Shown piece after piece: positions 31,935 to 40,979 of a DNA stretch of 54,097 nucleotides. Source of the stretch: an uncultured Synergistales bacterium (lineage in GTDB: Bacteria > Synergistota > Synergistia > Synergistales > Aminobacteriaceae); NCBI GenBank assembly GCA_937897575.1, contig CALCQG010000124.1, positions 1 to 54,097 of the forward strand, given 5' to 3'. The position numbers and the translations under genes are program-made. The notes under the pieces are model-generated. The model saw only the letters and a program-made list of their open reading frames with translations. It had not been told where the DNA came from and ran no database searches. How positions within the stretch are numbered: position 1 is the first letter of the stretch; the number at the start of each line of letters is the position of its first letter.

Positions 31935-33818
31935 ATGAGAAAACTTGACGGCATTGTGGCGAAAGGGCTCTACCTCTACGTCCTCGCCATGGGACTCTTT
32001 CACATATACACGGCGGTCTTCGGATCCTTCGAGGCCTACCTTCAGCGGGCGATCCATCTCACGTGGGTTCTGCCCATGTGCTTTATCCTCTACCCCTTCT
32101 CCCAGAAAAAAGGGGAACCGGCCGAGACGGAAGTGCCTTGGTACGACTGGATATTGGCGGGACTCTCCCTCCTTCCCGGCCTCTACATCATGATGAACTA
32201 CGACGATATCATGATGCGCATGCAGGGCGTGGACGAGATCACAACGATCCAGCTCATCCTCGGGACCATGCTGATCATCCTCCTTCTGGAGGGCACGCGG
32301 CGCATCGTCGGCCTTCCCATCGTCATCGTGGCCGTGACCTTCACGGTGTACACCTACATGTGCGACGCCTCCTTCCTGCCCCAGATCCTGCGGGGGGTCC
32401 CCACGGAGTACGCCAGGATCATCGAGGGCATGTACCTCACCGACGAGGGGATATTCTCGTCGTCCCTGGGCGTCTCGGCCACCTTCGTCATGATCTTTCT
32501 GATCTTCGGAGGCTTCCTCGAGAAGAGCGGCGTGGGCGAGTACTTCATGGAGTTTGCCCAAGCCTTCACGGGGACGGCGCCCGGCGGGCCGGCCAAGATA
32601 GCGGTGGTCAGCTCCTGCCTCTTCGGGTCCATATCGGGCTCGGCCGTGGCGAACGTCTACGGGACGGGGACCTTCACCATCCCTCTGATGAAGAGGATCG
32701 GATACCCCGACTACTTCGCCGGAGCCGTCGAGGCCGTGGCCAGCTCGGGAGGCCAGATCATGCCGCCCGTCATGGGGGCCGGCGCCTTCGTCATGGCGGC
32801 CTTCCTCGGCGTCCCATTCAACAAGATCATCGTGGCAGCCATCTTCCCCGCTCTGCTCTACTACGGGACGGTGCTCCTCATGGTGCACCTCGTGGCCCTC
32901 AAGGACGGACTCAAGGGCCTTTCGCCGGAGGAGTTGCCGAATAAGAAGTCGGTGATCAAGAGGCTCTACCTCATGTCCCCCATCGTCCTTCTGGTCTACC
33001 TGCTCCTCGTCGGCTACACGCCCATGTACAGCGCCATCGCCGGCATCATCACGGCCTGGGTCATGTCCCTGTTCAACAGGAAGACCAGGATGGGGCCGAA
33101 AAAGATACTGGAGGCCATCCACGACGGTTCCGAGAACATCCCCATCATCTGCACGGCCTGCGCCACGGCCGGGCTCGTGGTCGGCTCCGTCGCCCTGTCG
33201 GGCATCGGCTTCAAGTTCGTCGGCGCCGTGCTGACCCTGGCGCGTGGGATTCCGTTCCTCGGCCTGTTCCTCATCGCCGTCGTCGCCCTGATCCTCGGCA
33301 TGGGGCTCCCCGCCACGAGCGCCTACATCCTCGGCGCCGCATTGGGCGTCCCGGCTCTCGTGAAGATGGGTTTCATGCCTCTGGCGGCCCACCTCTTCGT
33401 GTTCTACTACGCCATCATCTCCAACATTACGCCGCCCGTCGCTCTGGCGGCCTACGCCGCGGCGTCCATAGCGGGCTCGAACCCGAACAAGACGGGGTTC
33501 GCCGCCTGCAAACTGGGCGTGTTGGCCTTCATCGTCCCCTTCGCCTTCTGTTACGACACGGGACTTCTTCTGCAAAGTTCCTTGACGGGGAACATCGTCT
33601 CCATCATCAGCGGCATCGCCGCCCTCTGCGGGATGGGCTTCTCTCTCGTGGGGTACGCCAGAGGGAAGCTGCCCCTGTGGCATCGGCTGGCCTTCGCCGT
33701 CGCCGGGCTCACCGCGCTGCACCACACGCCTCTCTTCTCCATTGCCAGTGCTGCAGCGGTCATCGTCCTCTTCGCCCTTTCAAAAAAAGACGGCCCGGTG
33801 GTCAGGCCGTCCGTATAG
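31935..33818 (+). CDS. TRAP transporter 4TM/12TM fused permease
   Basis: GGPAK, SGSAVAN, GGQIMPPVMGAGAF, GMGLP, ITPPVA. Confidence 0.92.
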   Translation: MRKLDGIVAKGLYLYVLAMGLFHIYTAVFGSFEAYLQRAIHLTWVLPMCFILYPFSQKKGEPAETEVPWYDWILAGLSLLPGLYIMMNYDDIMMRMQGVDEITTIQLILGTMLIILLLEGTRRIVGLPIVIVAVTFTVYTYMCDASFLPQILRGVPTEYARIIEGMYLTDEGIFSSSLGVSATFVMIFLIFGGFLEKSGVGEYFMEFAQAFTGTAPGGPAKIAVVSSCLFGSISGSAVANVYGTGTFTIPLMKRIGYPDYFAGAVEAVASSGGQIMPPVMGAGAFVMAAFLGVPFNKIIVAAIFPALLYYGTVLLMVHLVALKDGLKGLSPEELPNKKSVIKRLYLMSPIVLLVYLLLVGYTPMYSAIAGIITAWVMSLFNRKTRMGPKKILEAIHDGSENIPIICTACATAGLVVGSVALSGIGFKFVGAVLTLARGIPFLGLFLIAVVALILGMGLPATSAYILGAALGVPALVKMGFMPLAAHLFVFYYAIISNITPPVALAAYAAASIAGSNPNKTGFAACKLGVLAFIVPFAFCYDTGLLLQSSLTGNIVSIISGIAALCGMGFSLVGYARGKLPLWHRLAFAVAGLTALHHTPLFSIASAAAVIVLFALSKKDGPVVRPSV

Positions 33819-33820
33819 CG

Positions 33821-33853
33821 AAGAGGCCCCTCCCGACCTGGGAGGGGCCTCTT
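33821..33853. terminator. Bidirectional terminator-like hairpin
   Basis: AAGAGGCCCCTCCC/GGGAGGGGCCTCTT between convergent genes. Confidence 0.7.
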
Positions 33854-33854
33854 A

Positions 33855-35663
33855 TTATCGCTTCAGCAGCTTCCTGAGGAGGGCGAGGCGCTCTCTGAAG
33901 GTCCCAAGCGCCGTCTCCACGGGGACGGGCGTGGCCATGTCCACCCCCGCCTCCCTCAGTATATCCAGGGAGTACGCGGAGCTGCCCCTCGAGAGGAACT
34001 TCAGGTACCGCTGCCGGGCCTCCTCGTCGCCCGAGAGGATCCTCCGGGCGAAGGACTCGGCCGCCGAGTACCCGGTGGCGTATTTGTAGACGTAGAAGGC
34101 CGAGTAGAAGTGCGGAATGCGGGCCCACTCCACATCCAGAGCGTCGTCCGGGGTCATGTCGGGGCCGTAGTATTGGATGTTCATGTCATGCCACAGGCCG
34201 TTCAGCACCTCCGAGGTCAGAGGGTTTCCCCCCTCGGCCAGGGCGTGGGTCGTCCGTTCAAACTCGGCGAACATGACCTGCCGGTAGACCGTCGTCCGGA
34301 CCTGGTCGAGGGAGTAGTTCAGGAGGTAGGCCTTCTCGTCGTCGGGCACCCGGGTCAGCAGGTCCTCCAGCAGCAGGGATTCGTTCGTCGTGGAGGCCAC
34401 CTCGGCCAGGAAGATGGTGTAGTCGGCGTAGACCTGGGGCTGTGTCCGGTGGGAGAACCAGGTGTGCAGAGAGTGCCCCATCTCGTGGGCGATGGTGAAG
34501 ACGTCCCGCAACGTCCCGTTGTAGTTGAGCAGGACGTAGGGGTGGGTGCCGTAACTCCCCCAGGAGTAGGCTCCCTTTCGCTTGCCCTTCGTCTCGTACA
34601 CGTCGATCCAGCCGGACCGAAACCCCTGCCGGAGCGCCTCTCCGTACTCGGGGCCCAGGGGGACCAGCCCGCGGATGACCGTCTCAACGGCGTCCTCGTA
34701 GGGAATAACGCCCTCGGGCTCCCGGGCCAGGGGGACATTGAGGTCGTACATGTGGAGCTCGTCGAGGCCGAGGACGTCCTTCCGGAGGGCCATATAGTCG
34801 TGCAGAGCGTCCAGGTTGCCGTGCACGGCGTCAATCGCGCCGTCGTACACCGACGGAGGGATGTTGTCCCCCTCCAGGGAGGCCTCGAGGGAGGAGGGGT
34901 ACTTTCGCGCCCTCGCATAGAAGATGTCCGATTTGACGCTCCCGGAGTAGAGGGCTCCCATGGTGTTCTTGAACCGGCCGTAGGTTTCGAAAAGGCCCGT
35001 GAAGGCGTCCCGGCGGACCCGGCGGTCCTTCGACCGGCTCAGAAGATAGTACCGCTCCTCCGAGAGTTCCGTCTCCCGCCCCTCCTCGTCCAGGACGGCG
35101 GGGAAGACCATGTCCGCGTTGGTCAGCAGGGAGAAGGCGTTCTCCGCCGTCCGCGCCACCTCGGCTGACCGGGCGAGGAGCTCCTCCTGCTCCGGGGGCA
35201 GCACATGGTCCCGGGACCGGAGAAGGTCGTCGAAGAAGTGCCGGTACGGCGCCAACCCGGGGCACCCCTTCACGGCCTCGGCGATCCGCTCCTCTCCCGC
35301 CGCCAGGATCTCGGGCCGGACAAAGGACAGGGCAGCCGAGTAGGAGGACGCAAGGGTTCCCGCCCTGTCGGCCAACCCCTGAAAGTGGGCGTCCGCCGTG
35401 TCCTCGTGGCTCTTCATCACGGCATAGGCGTACACCTTGCCGAGGCGTTCAGACGTCTCCTCCTCGCTCCGCAGAAAGCGAAGCGGCGAGTCCGAAGACT
35501 CGAAGAGACGCCCCTGCCATCGGGCGAGCTCACCCGTCGCCTCCTCCACCGCTTTGAAGGACGCCTCCCAGGCCTCCTCCGAGGGGAAGATGGCGTGCAA
35601 GTCCCAGAGGTACTTCTCCGGGATGTCGCACCGAGCCGGGACGGCTCCCCGGGAGGGCGCCAT
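33855..35663 (-). CDS. pepF: Oligoendopeptidase F
   Basis: WDLHAIF, WIDVYE, GAYSWG, HEMGH, AEVAST, WARIPHFY. Start is uncertain (ATG 35663 or GTG 35741). Confidence 0.93.
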   Translation of the reverse strand: MAPSRGAVPARCDIPEKYLWDLHAIFPSEEAWEASFKAVEEATGELARWQGRLFESSDSPLRFLRSEEETSERLGKVYAYAVMKSHEDTADAHFQGLADRAGTLASSYSAALSFVRPEILAAGEERIAEAVKGCPGLAPYRHFFDDLLRSRDHVLPPEQEELLARSAEVARTAENAFSLLTNADMVFPAVLDEEGRETELSEERYYLLSRSKDRRVRRDAFTGLFETYGRFKNTMGALYSGSVKSDIFYARARKYPSSLEASLEGDNIPPSVYDGAIDAVHGNLDALHDYMALRKDVLGLDELHMYDLNVPLAREPEGVIPYEDAVETVIRGLVPLGPEYGEALRQGFRSGWIDVYETKGKRKGAYSWGSYGTHPYVLLNYNGTLRDVFTIAHEMGHSLHTWFSHRTQPQVYADYTIFLAEVASTTNESLLLEDLLTRVPDDEKAYLLNYSLDQVRTTVYRQVMFAEFERTTHALAEGGNPLTSEVLNGLWHDMNIQYYGPDMTPDDALDVEWARIPHFYSAFYVYKYATGYSAAESFARRILSGDEEARQRYLKFLSRGSSAYSLDILREAGVDMATPVPVETALGTFRERLALLRKLLKR

Positions 35664-35715
35664 CCCGTCCCCATCCGCGACGGGGCGGGCACCGATGTCC
35701 GCAAAGGGGCAACCG

Positions 35716-36288
35716 CTACTGCTGAAATTTTTTGCCCGCACTGTAGGCCCTCCCGACCTCTCCGCCGAGGGCGTAGTACGTCGCCCGGCGGGGAGCGAAG
35801 ATCAGAGGCCGCACCTTGACGGGGTCCGGGGACCCTGTCCCGTCGAGGCAGTCCTCCTGCGCCCAGGTCTTCACCACTTTTCCGACCAGAAGGGTGTGGG
35901 AGCCAAGATCCGCGCTGTGGACGACCTCGCACTCGAAGGAGATGGGAAACTCCTCGATGAGCGGGGCGTCCACCAGATCGCCGCGCCGGGGTGTCAGCGC
36001 CGTATCGGCGAACTTGTCCCTGTCCCTTCCCGAGGCGAGGCCGAAATAATCCGCCTCGGCCAGGTACTGCTCCGATGAGATGTTCACCGTGAAGGCCCTC
36101 CTCGCCATGATGCCACCGAGGGTGTGCCTCGTCTTCGCCACGCCGATGGCGATGCAGGGCGGCTCGGAACAGCACACTCCGCCCCAGGCGGCCATGAGCC
36201 CGCACGCCCTACCCTCCTCGTCGTAGGCTGCCACGACGAAGCAGGGCGCCGGATAGACGGGCAGAGAGACGCCAATGTCCTTTTTCAT
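35716..36288 (-). CDS. Flavin reductase family protein (flavoredoxin-like)
   Basis: AAWGG, FTVNI, ADYFGLASGR..DKF, GSHT. Confidence 0.87.
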   Translation of the reverse strand: MKKDIGVSLPVYPAPCFVVAAYDEEGRACGLMAAWGGVCCSEPPCIAIGVAKTRHTLGGIMARRAFTVNISSEQYLAEADYFGLASGRDRDKFADTALTPRRGDLVDAPLIEEFPISFECEVVHSADLGSHTLLVGKVVKTWAQEDCLDGTGSPDPVKVRPLIFAPRRATYYALGGEVGRAYSAGKKFQQ

Positions 36289-36463
36289 GCTATGCACTCC
36301 TTTCGTTCCTTCCCCGCCTTCGGCGGGGTCCTTCGGACAGCCGTATTGTACTCCATAGGACGATTTCATTTCAAAAAAGAATGAATACGGACGAATGTAT
36401 GAGCTTAAGGGCAAGATGAGCAAGAAATCAGAGATAAAACGGTCGGACGCATTGTCAAAAAGC

Positions 36464-36519
36464 TTGTCTGACTAATGCTGATGAATATAATTAACAGTGA
36501 TTGGTCAATAAAAATCAAA
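36464..36519 (+). promoter_or_regulatory. hsp20 promoter and CtsR-box-like repeat
   Basis: TTGTCT-16-TATAAT at 36464-36491; GGTCAAT-AAA-AATCAAA at 36503-36519. Confidence 0.6.
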
Positions 36520-36533
36520 TTTGGAGGTGCGCT

Positions 36534-37010
36534 ATGGTACGAAGATTTTTGGCGATACGGCCCAATGACGGAGCACAGCCCATGGAGGCGTTCTCCTCGG
36601 TGGACAGAATGATGCGGGACATGCTGAGGGCCTTCGGCGACTTTTCGTCGGAGGTGCGCTCCAGCGAGGCGGAGGACACCATCGCGATGCCCAGAGGGGA
36701 CTTCTATCGGAAGGACGGAAAGTTTGTCGCCGAACTGGAGATTCCGGGCATCGACCCTGAAAAGGTCGATCTGAAGGTCTACGAGGACCGGATGACCCTG
36801 TCGGCGGAGAAATCGGACGAGCGAGCGGTCGATGAGGGGAACTTCTTCCGGACGGAACGGCACTACGGGACGATCTCGCGGTCCGTTCAGTTCCCGGCGG
36901 AGGTGGACCCCGATTCCGCGACGGCCTCCTTCAAAAACGGCGTCCTCACCGTAGAGGTGGCCGAGAAGGTGCAGGTCGAACGGATGAAGAAGGTGGACAT
37001 TTCGGCGTAG
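36534..37010 (+). CDS. Small heat shock protein (Hsp20)
   Basis: EIPGI, ERHYG...R, ASFKNGVLTV; ATG follows GGAGG. Confidence 0.92.
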   Translation: MVRRFLAIRPNDGAQPMEAFSSVDRMMRDMLRAFGDFSSEVRSSEAEDTIAMPRGDFYRKDGKFVAELEIPGIDPEKVDLKVYEDRMTLSAEKSDERAVDEGNFFRTERHYGTISRSVQFPAEVDPDSATASFKNGVLTVEVAEKVQVERMKKVDISA

Positions 37011-37027
37011 CTCCTGCCGGATGGACC

Positions 37028-37058
37028 AGGGGGAGCCTCGGGACCGAGGCTCCCCCTT
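37028..37058. terminator. Hairpin between convergent hsp20 and tupA
   Basis: GGGGGAGCCTCGG/CCGAGGCTCCCCC. Confidence 0.7.
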
Positions 37059-37076
37059 CGCGTTCGGCGGACCGGA

Positions 37077-37910
37077 TTACCGTCCGGCGTTCGGAAAGAA
37101 GAGCTGCTTGCCCAGAAGTTTGAAGTCGGCGATGGCCCTCTGGGTGGACGACGAGGTCAGCCAGTCCATATAGGTCAGGGCGAGGTCGTAGCGGATGTTG
37201 TCCCACTTGGCCGGGTTGACCGCTATGACGCTGTACTGGTTCTTCAGGGCATCGTCTCCCTCCACGACGATGACGAGGTCCGATTGCCCCTTGCGCGAGT
37301 CCTCGAACTTGATGAAGGTCCCCCGGTCCGTGAGCACGTACGCCCCGCGCTCGTCGCCCACCGTGAGCGTCTCGAGCATCCCTTGCCCCGTCTGGATGTA
37401 CCACTTCTCCTTGTCGGGCTGCTGCAGACCGGCCTTGTCCCAGAGGGCGAGCTCGGCCATATGGGTGCCGGACTTGTCCGCCCTGCTTGCGAAGGGCACA
37501 CCCGAGGCGGCGATCTTCTTCAGGGCCTCGAAGGCCGGAAGACCCCGGGTCTGTGCCGGGTCCTTCGACGGTCCGACGATGATGAAGTCGTTGTACATGA
37601 CCTGCCGCCTGTTCACCCCCGAGCCCTCGGCCACGAACGCCTCCTCCGATTTGGGGTCGTGCACGAGCACCACGTCCACGTCACCGTTCCGGCCATACTC
37701 CAGGGCCTTGCCCGTCCCGACGGCGACCCACTGAATCTCGATCCCCTTCTCCTCCAGGAGCTTCGGGGCAAGATAGTCGAGCAGCCCCGTGTTGTCCGTG
37801 CTTGTGGTGGTCGCCATACGAAGCACCTCGGCCGCCGACCCCTGCGAGCACCCTGCGGAGAGAAGCAGGATCACGACGAAAAAAACGCTCAATACCCTCC
37901 GAATTCTCAT
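37077..37910 (-). CDS. tupA: Tungstate ABC transporter substrate-binding protein
   Basis: MATTTSTDNTGLL (TTTS motif), VGTGKAL, VH, MYNDF, SRADKSGTH, TGQGM. Confidence 0.9.
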   Translation of the reverse strand: MRIRRVLSVFFVVILLLSAGCSQGSAAEVLRMATTTSTDNTGLLDYLAPKLLEEKGIEIQWVAVGTGKALEYGRNGDVDVVLVHDPKSEEAFVAEGSGVNRRQVMYNDFIIVGPSKDPAQTRGLPAFEALKKIAASGVPFASRADKSGTHMAELALWDKAGLQQPDKEKWYIQTGQGMLETLTVGDERGAYVLTDRGTFIKFEDSRKGQSDLVIVVEGDDALKNQYSVIAVNPAKWDNIRYDLALTYMDWLTSSSTQRAIADFKLLGKQLFFPNAGR

Positions 37911-37954
37911 GGTTCATCCTCCTCCATATTCCGGCGTATCCGCCGTCCGACATG

Positions 37955-37988
37955 AAAAAACCGCCCTCGACGCCGCGTTCAAGGGCGG
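37955..37988 (-). terminator. Premature terminator in the tupA leader (riboswitch expression platform)
   Basis: CCGCCCTTGA...TCGAGGGCGG-TTTTTT about 45 nt upstream of the tupA start. Confidence 0.8.
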
Positions 37989-38008
37989 CACGCTCTCTCG
38001 TGCCGAAT

Positions 38009-38108
38009 CCCTCCTTTCCAAACCGGGAGGCCCGTCCGTTTCCCGACGAACCCATCGGCCCGGCGCCATGGATCGGAAACGATCCGAAGGCGGACGGGCT
38101 CGGAGAGT
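38009..38108 (-). ncRNA. Moco/Tuco riboswitch (MOCO RNA motif)
   Basis: The minus strand reads CTCCGAG...CCTTCG..CATGG...GGGT...GAAAC...GCCTCCCGGTTTGGAAAGGAG, matching the recalled consensus, and lies upstream of a W/Mo transporter gene. Confidence 0.88.
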
Positions 38109-38325
38109 TGTACAATAATATCATACTGAAAACCACCGGAGGCCTTCGTAGGGCGTTGACAGGACCTGCGGGCCAGTTTATATTAGTTGTTACATTACAT
38201 TTCTTTCACGCCGATCTGCGAGGGGCCGCCAAAAACGAGTGCGGCCGTCCGGTGTACGCGTTCTATCCCGGTTTTGACCCCGGGCGCACGACCATACATC
38301 ACAGAATGCAGAAGGAGGAACGAAG

Positions 38326-38823
38326 ATGTCGACAAAAACCATGAAGGGTCTGGCCGAGGCCTTCGCCGGTGAATCCCAGGCCAACAGGAAGTACCTCGCC
38401 TTTGCGGCTCAGGCGGAAAAAGAGGGGTACCCTGCCGTAGCGAAGCTCTTCAAGACCATCGCCGAGGCCGAGACGCTCCATGCACTCGCCCATTTCAAGA
38501 CCATGGGCGGAGTGAAGACCACCGCGGAAAATCTGAAGGCCGCCCTTGAGGGCGAGACCTACGAATTCTCCGTGATGTATCCGGAGTTCATGAAATTCGC
38601 CGAGGAAGAGGGACAGAAGGCCGCCGCCGCCGGCTTCCACTTCGCCAATGAGGCGGAGAAGGTCCACGGAGCTCTGTACGAGAAGGCCATCGCCTCGCTC
38701 GAGAAGGGGAAGGACTCCACGTTCTACCTCTGCCCCGTGTGCGGGTATGTGGAGGAGGGGCACGCCCCGGATCTGTGCCCCATCTGCAAGGCGAAGAAAG
38801 AGGTTTTCAAGGTCGTGGCGTAA
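38326..38823 (+). CDS. Rubrerythrin
   Basis: AFAGESQA, ETLHA, GETYE, EKVH and C-terminal CPVC/CPIC. Confidence 0.93.
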   Translation: MSTKTMKGLAEAFAGESQANRKYLAFAAQAEKEGYPAVAKLFKTIAEAETLHALAHFKTMGGVKTTAENLKAALEGETYEFSVMYPEFMKFAEEEGQKAAAAGFHFANEAEKVHGALYEKAIASLEKGKDSTFYLCPVCGYVEEGHAPDLCPICKAKKEVFKVVA

Positions 38824-38836
38824 AGGAAAACGATCT

Positions 38837-38866
38837 CGGGGCCCGCGCTGCGGGCCCCGTTTTTTT
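38837..38866 (+). terminator. Rubrerythrin terminator
   Basis: GGGGCCCGC-GCT-GCGGGCCCC followed by T7. Confidence 0.85.
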
Positions 38867-38891
38867 CTCCTTCGTCCCCCCTGAAACCCTC

Positions 38892-38919
38892 TTGCTTTTC
38901 ATCGCAAAAAGCCTATAAT
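38892..38919 (+). promoter_or_regulatory. Putative promoter of the ATP-grasp/kamA cluster
   Basis: TTGCTT-16 nt-TATAAT. Confidence 0.6.
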
Positions 38920-39064
38920 CCGCACCAGCAAGGGCCCTCGTTCTTGCCGGGGCACGCTCGTCAGAAGGACCCCGGCTCGGAGTCCGGGCAGGAAGAACAC
39001 TGATCCTATGAAACACCGCGCCATGCGCGGTATCTTTTGCCCGAATTCGCTGGAGGGAGCCACG

Positions 39065-40177
39065 ATGAGCGAAGAGTACTGCCAAGAACCCGAAGTTCCG
39101 TTGCAACCCATTTCCAGGATATCCCTCGTCTACAACCTCAAAAAACCTGTCGAGTCCAACGAGCCCGACGACAAGTACGAGGAGTACGACCCCTTGTCCA
39201 CCGTCGAGGCTCTGGCAAAAACCGTCGCCTCCTTCGGCTTTCACGTCGCCCTCTGCGAACAGGATGATTCCTTTCACGCACGGCTGGAGAGCCAGGCTCC
39301 TCAGTTCGTCGTGAATATCGCGGAAGGACGGGGCACCGCCCGGGGACGGGAGGCTCAGGTTCCATGCCATCTCGAAAGCCTCGGCATCCCCTTCTGGGGC
39401 TCCGATTGCATCGCTCTCTCCGTCGCCATGGATAAATGGCTCACGGGGAACATTCTCTCCGGCGACGGGATTCCCGCCCCCCGCTCGGCCTCCTTCCGGA
39501 GCGGGGAGGACCTTCGTCGCCTCGAGACGCTGTTCGGCGAATGCGACCGATTCGTGGTGAAACCGCGTTACGAAGGGTCTTCCAAGGGAATTTTCTCCGA
39601 CTCCGTGGCCCATACGCCCCATGAGGCCGCGGAGAGGATACGGCGAGTCTGGGAGCGATACAAGCAGCCGGCTCTCGTCGAAGAGTACCTGCCCGGAGAG
39701 GAGATCACCGTCGGCATCGTGGGTTGCTCCCATCCGTCCGTTGTGGGAATGATGCGCATCCGCCCCGTCGAGCCCAGGGGCGAATTCCTGTACTCCCTCG
39801 AGGAAAAGAGGCAGTATCTGGAGCGCATCCGGTATGAAGGGCAGGACACCATCCCCTCGGGTCTGCGGGACCAGATAGCCCGGTTCGCCCTTCAGGCCTT
39901 CAGGGCGCTGGAGCTTCGGGATCTGGCGCGAGTCGACTTCCGTCTCGACGGAGACGGAGTTCCCAGGATCATAGACATCAACCCGCTGCCCGGGCTCTCG
40001 CCCGAGTACAGCGATCTTCCCATCCTCCACCGCCTGAACGGTGGAGCGTATCCGGCGCTGATCCGGTCCATCCTGGAGAGCGCGCTGGCCAGAAACGGGC
40101 TGGCAGCGCCCCGGACGGGAAACGACCCCGACATGTCATCACCGGAGCTCGTCGGAATAGGACTGTCCCAGCGTTGA
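39065..40177 (+). CDS. D-Ala-D-Ala-ligase-like ATP-grasp protein 1
   Basis: NIAEG, REAQVP, MDKWL, VKPRYEGSSKGI, EEYLPGEE, RVDFR, DINPLPGL. Confidence 0.85.
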   Translation: MSEEYCQEPEVPLQPISRISLVYNLKKPVESNEPDDKYEEYDPLSTVEALAKTVASFGFHVALCEQDDSFHARLESQAPQFVVNIAEGRGTARGREAQVPCHLESLGIPFWGSDCIALSVAMDKWLTGNILSGDGIPAPRSASFRSGEDLRRLETLFGECDRFVVKPRYEGSSKGIFSDSVAHTPHEAAERIRRVWERYKQPALVEEYLPGEEITVGIVGCSHPSVVGMMRIRPVEPRGEFLYSLEEKRQYLERIRYEGQDTIPSGLRDQIARFALQAFRALELRDLARVDFRLDGDGVPRIIDINPLPGLSPEYSDLPILHRLNGGAYPALIRSILESALARNGLAAPRTGNDPDMSSPELVGIGLSQR

Positions 40178-40314
40178 GTGCGATTCTCCAAGTTCTCTTG
40201 CAGTACCCCTCGTTCCAAACGGATTGGGTCCCTGTTCAACACGGTCTATAGGGACGGGGACAGACCGCCGGGGAGCGGGAGCCACCCGGCATCATAAAGG
40301 AGGCGAGTGACGAG

Positions 40315-40785
40315 ATGCGACGAACGGACCGCGAAGTATCAGACCGAAAGTGGCAAGAGCAGGTGTTGCACGACGCCACGGTGCTGGAGCTCGGCATGGT
40401 TGACCTGGAGGGGAAAGCGTACGTCGTGCCCATGAGCTTCGGCTACAAGGATGGGACGATCTACCTCCACGGGGCGTTTGAGGGGAAGAAGAAGGATTGT
40501 CTGGCGGCGAACCCCGCCGTCTGTTTTCAGGTCTGCATCACCGGCAAGGTCATCGCCAAACCGGGCGGCACGTCCTTCACCGTGGAGTACCGGAGCGTCA
40601 CGGGGTTCGGCACGGTGACGGACATCACCGATCTGGACGGAAAAAACAAGGCGCTGGAGGTCGTGGTGAACCACTACCACTTCCCCTATATTCCGATCGA
40701 CGAGTCGCGAAAGGTCTGGGTGGCGCGCCTAGACATCGAGCACATGACGGGCAAGGCCAACCCTCCCCCCGAGCTCATGTCGTGA
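40315..40785 (+). CDS. Pyridoxamine 5'-phosphate oxidase-like (NimA-type) flavin-binding protein
   Basis: MRRTDRE, YVVPMSF, YLHGA..G.K, YRSVTGFG, MTGK. Confidence 0.85.
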   Translation: MRRTDREVSDRKWQEQVLHDATVLELGMVDLEGKAYVVPMSFGYKDGTIYLHGAFEGKKKDCLAANPAVCFQVCITGKVIAKPGGTSFTVEYRSVTGFGTVTDITDLDGKNKALEVVVNHYHFPYIPIDESRKVWVARLDIEHMTGKANPPPELMS

Positions 40786-40979
40786 TCCGCACACCGAAGC
40801 TGTCGTCCGAGGATGGATGTTCGAGTGACAAAGCCCGGGGTTCGCTTCATAGGAATGCTCAGAAAAACTGACGATCACCTCGGCGACCTGAACGGCCGAG
40901 GTGATGGACCGCTCGTCCGGTTCGTCCTGCAGGGCGCGCTCATTCAAAACGGGTCCCTCTTTCCCCGGAGGGGACGCCG

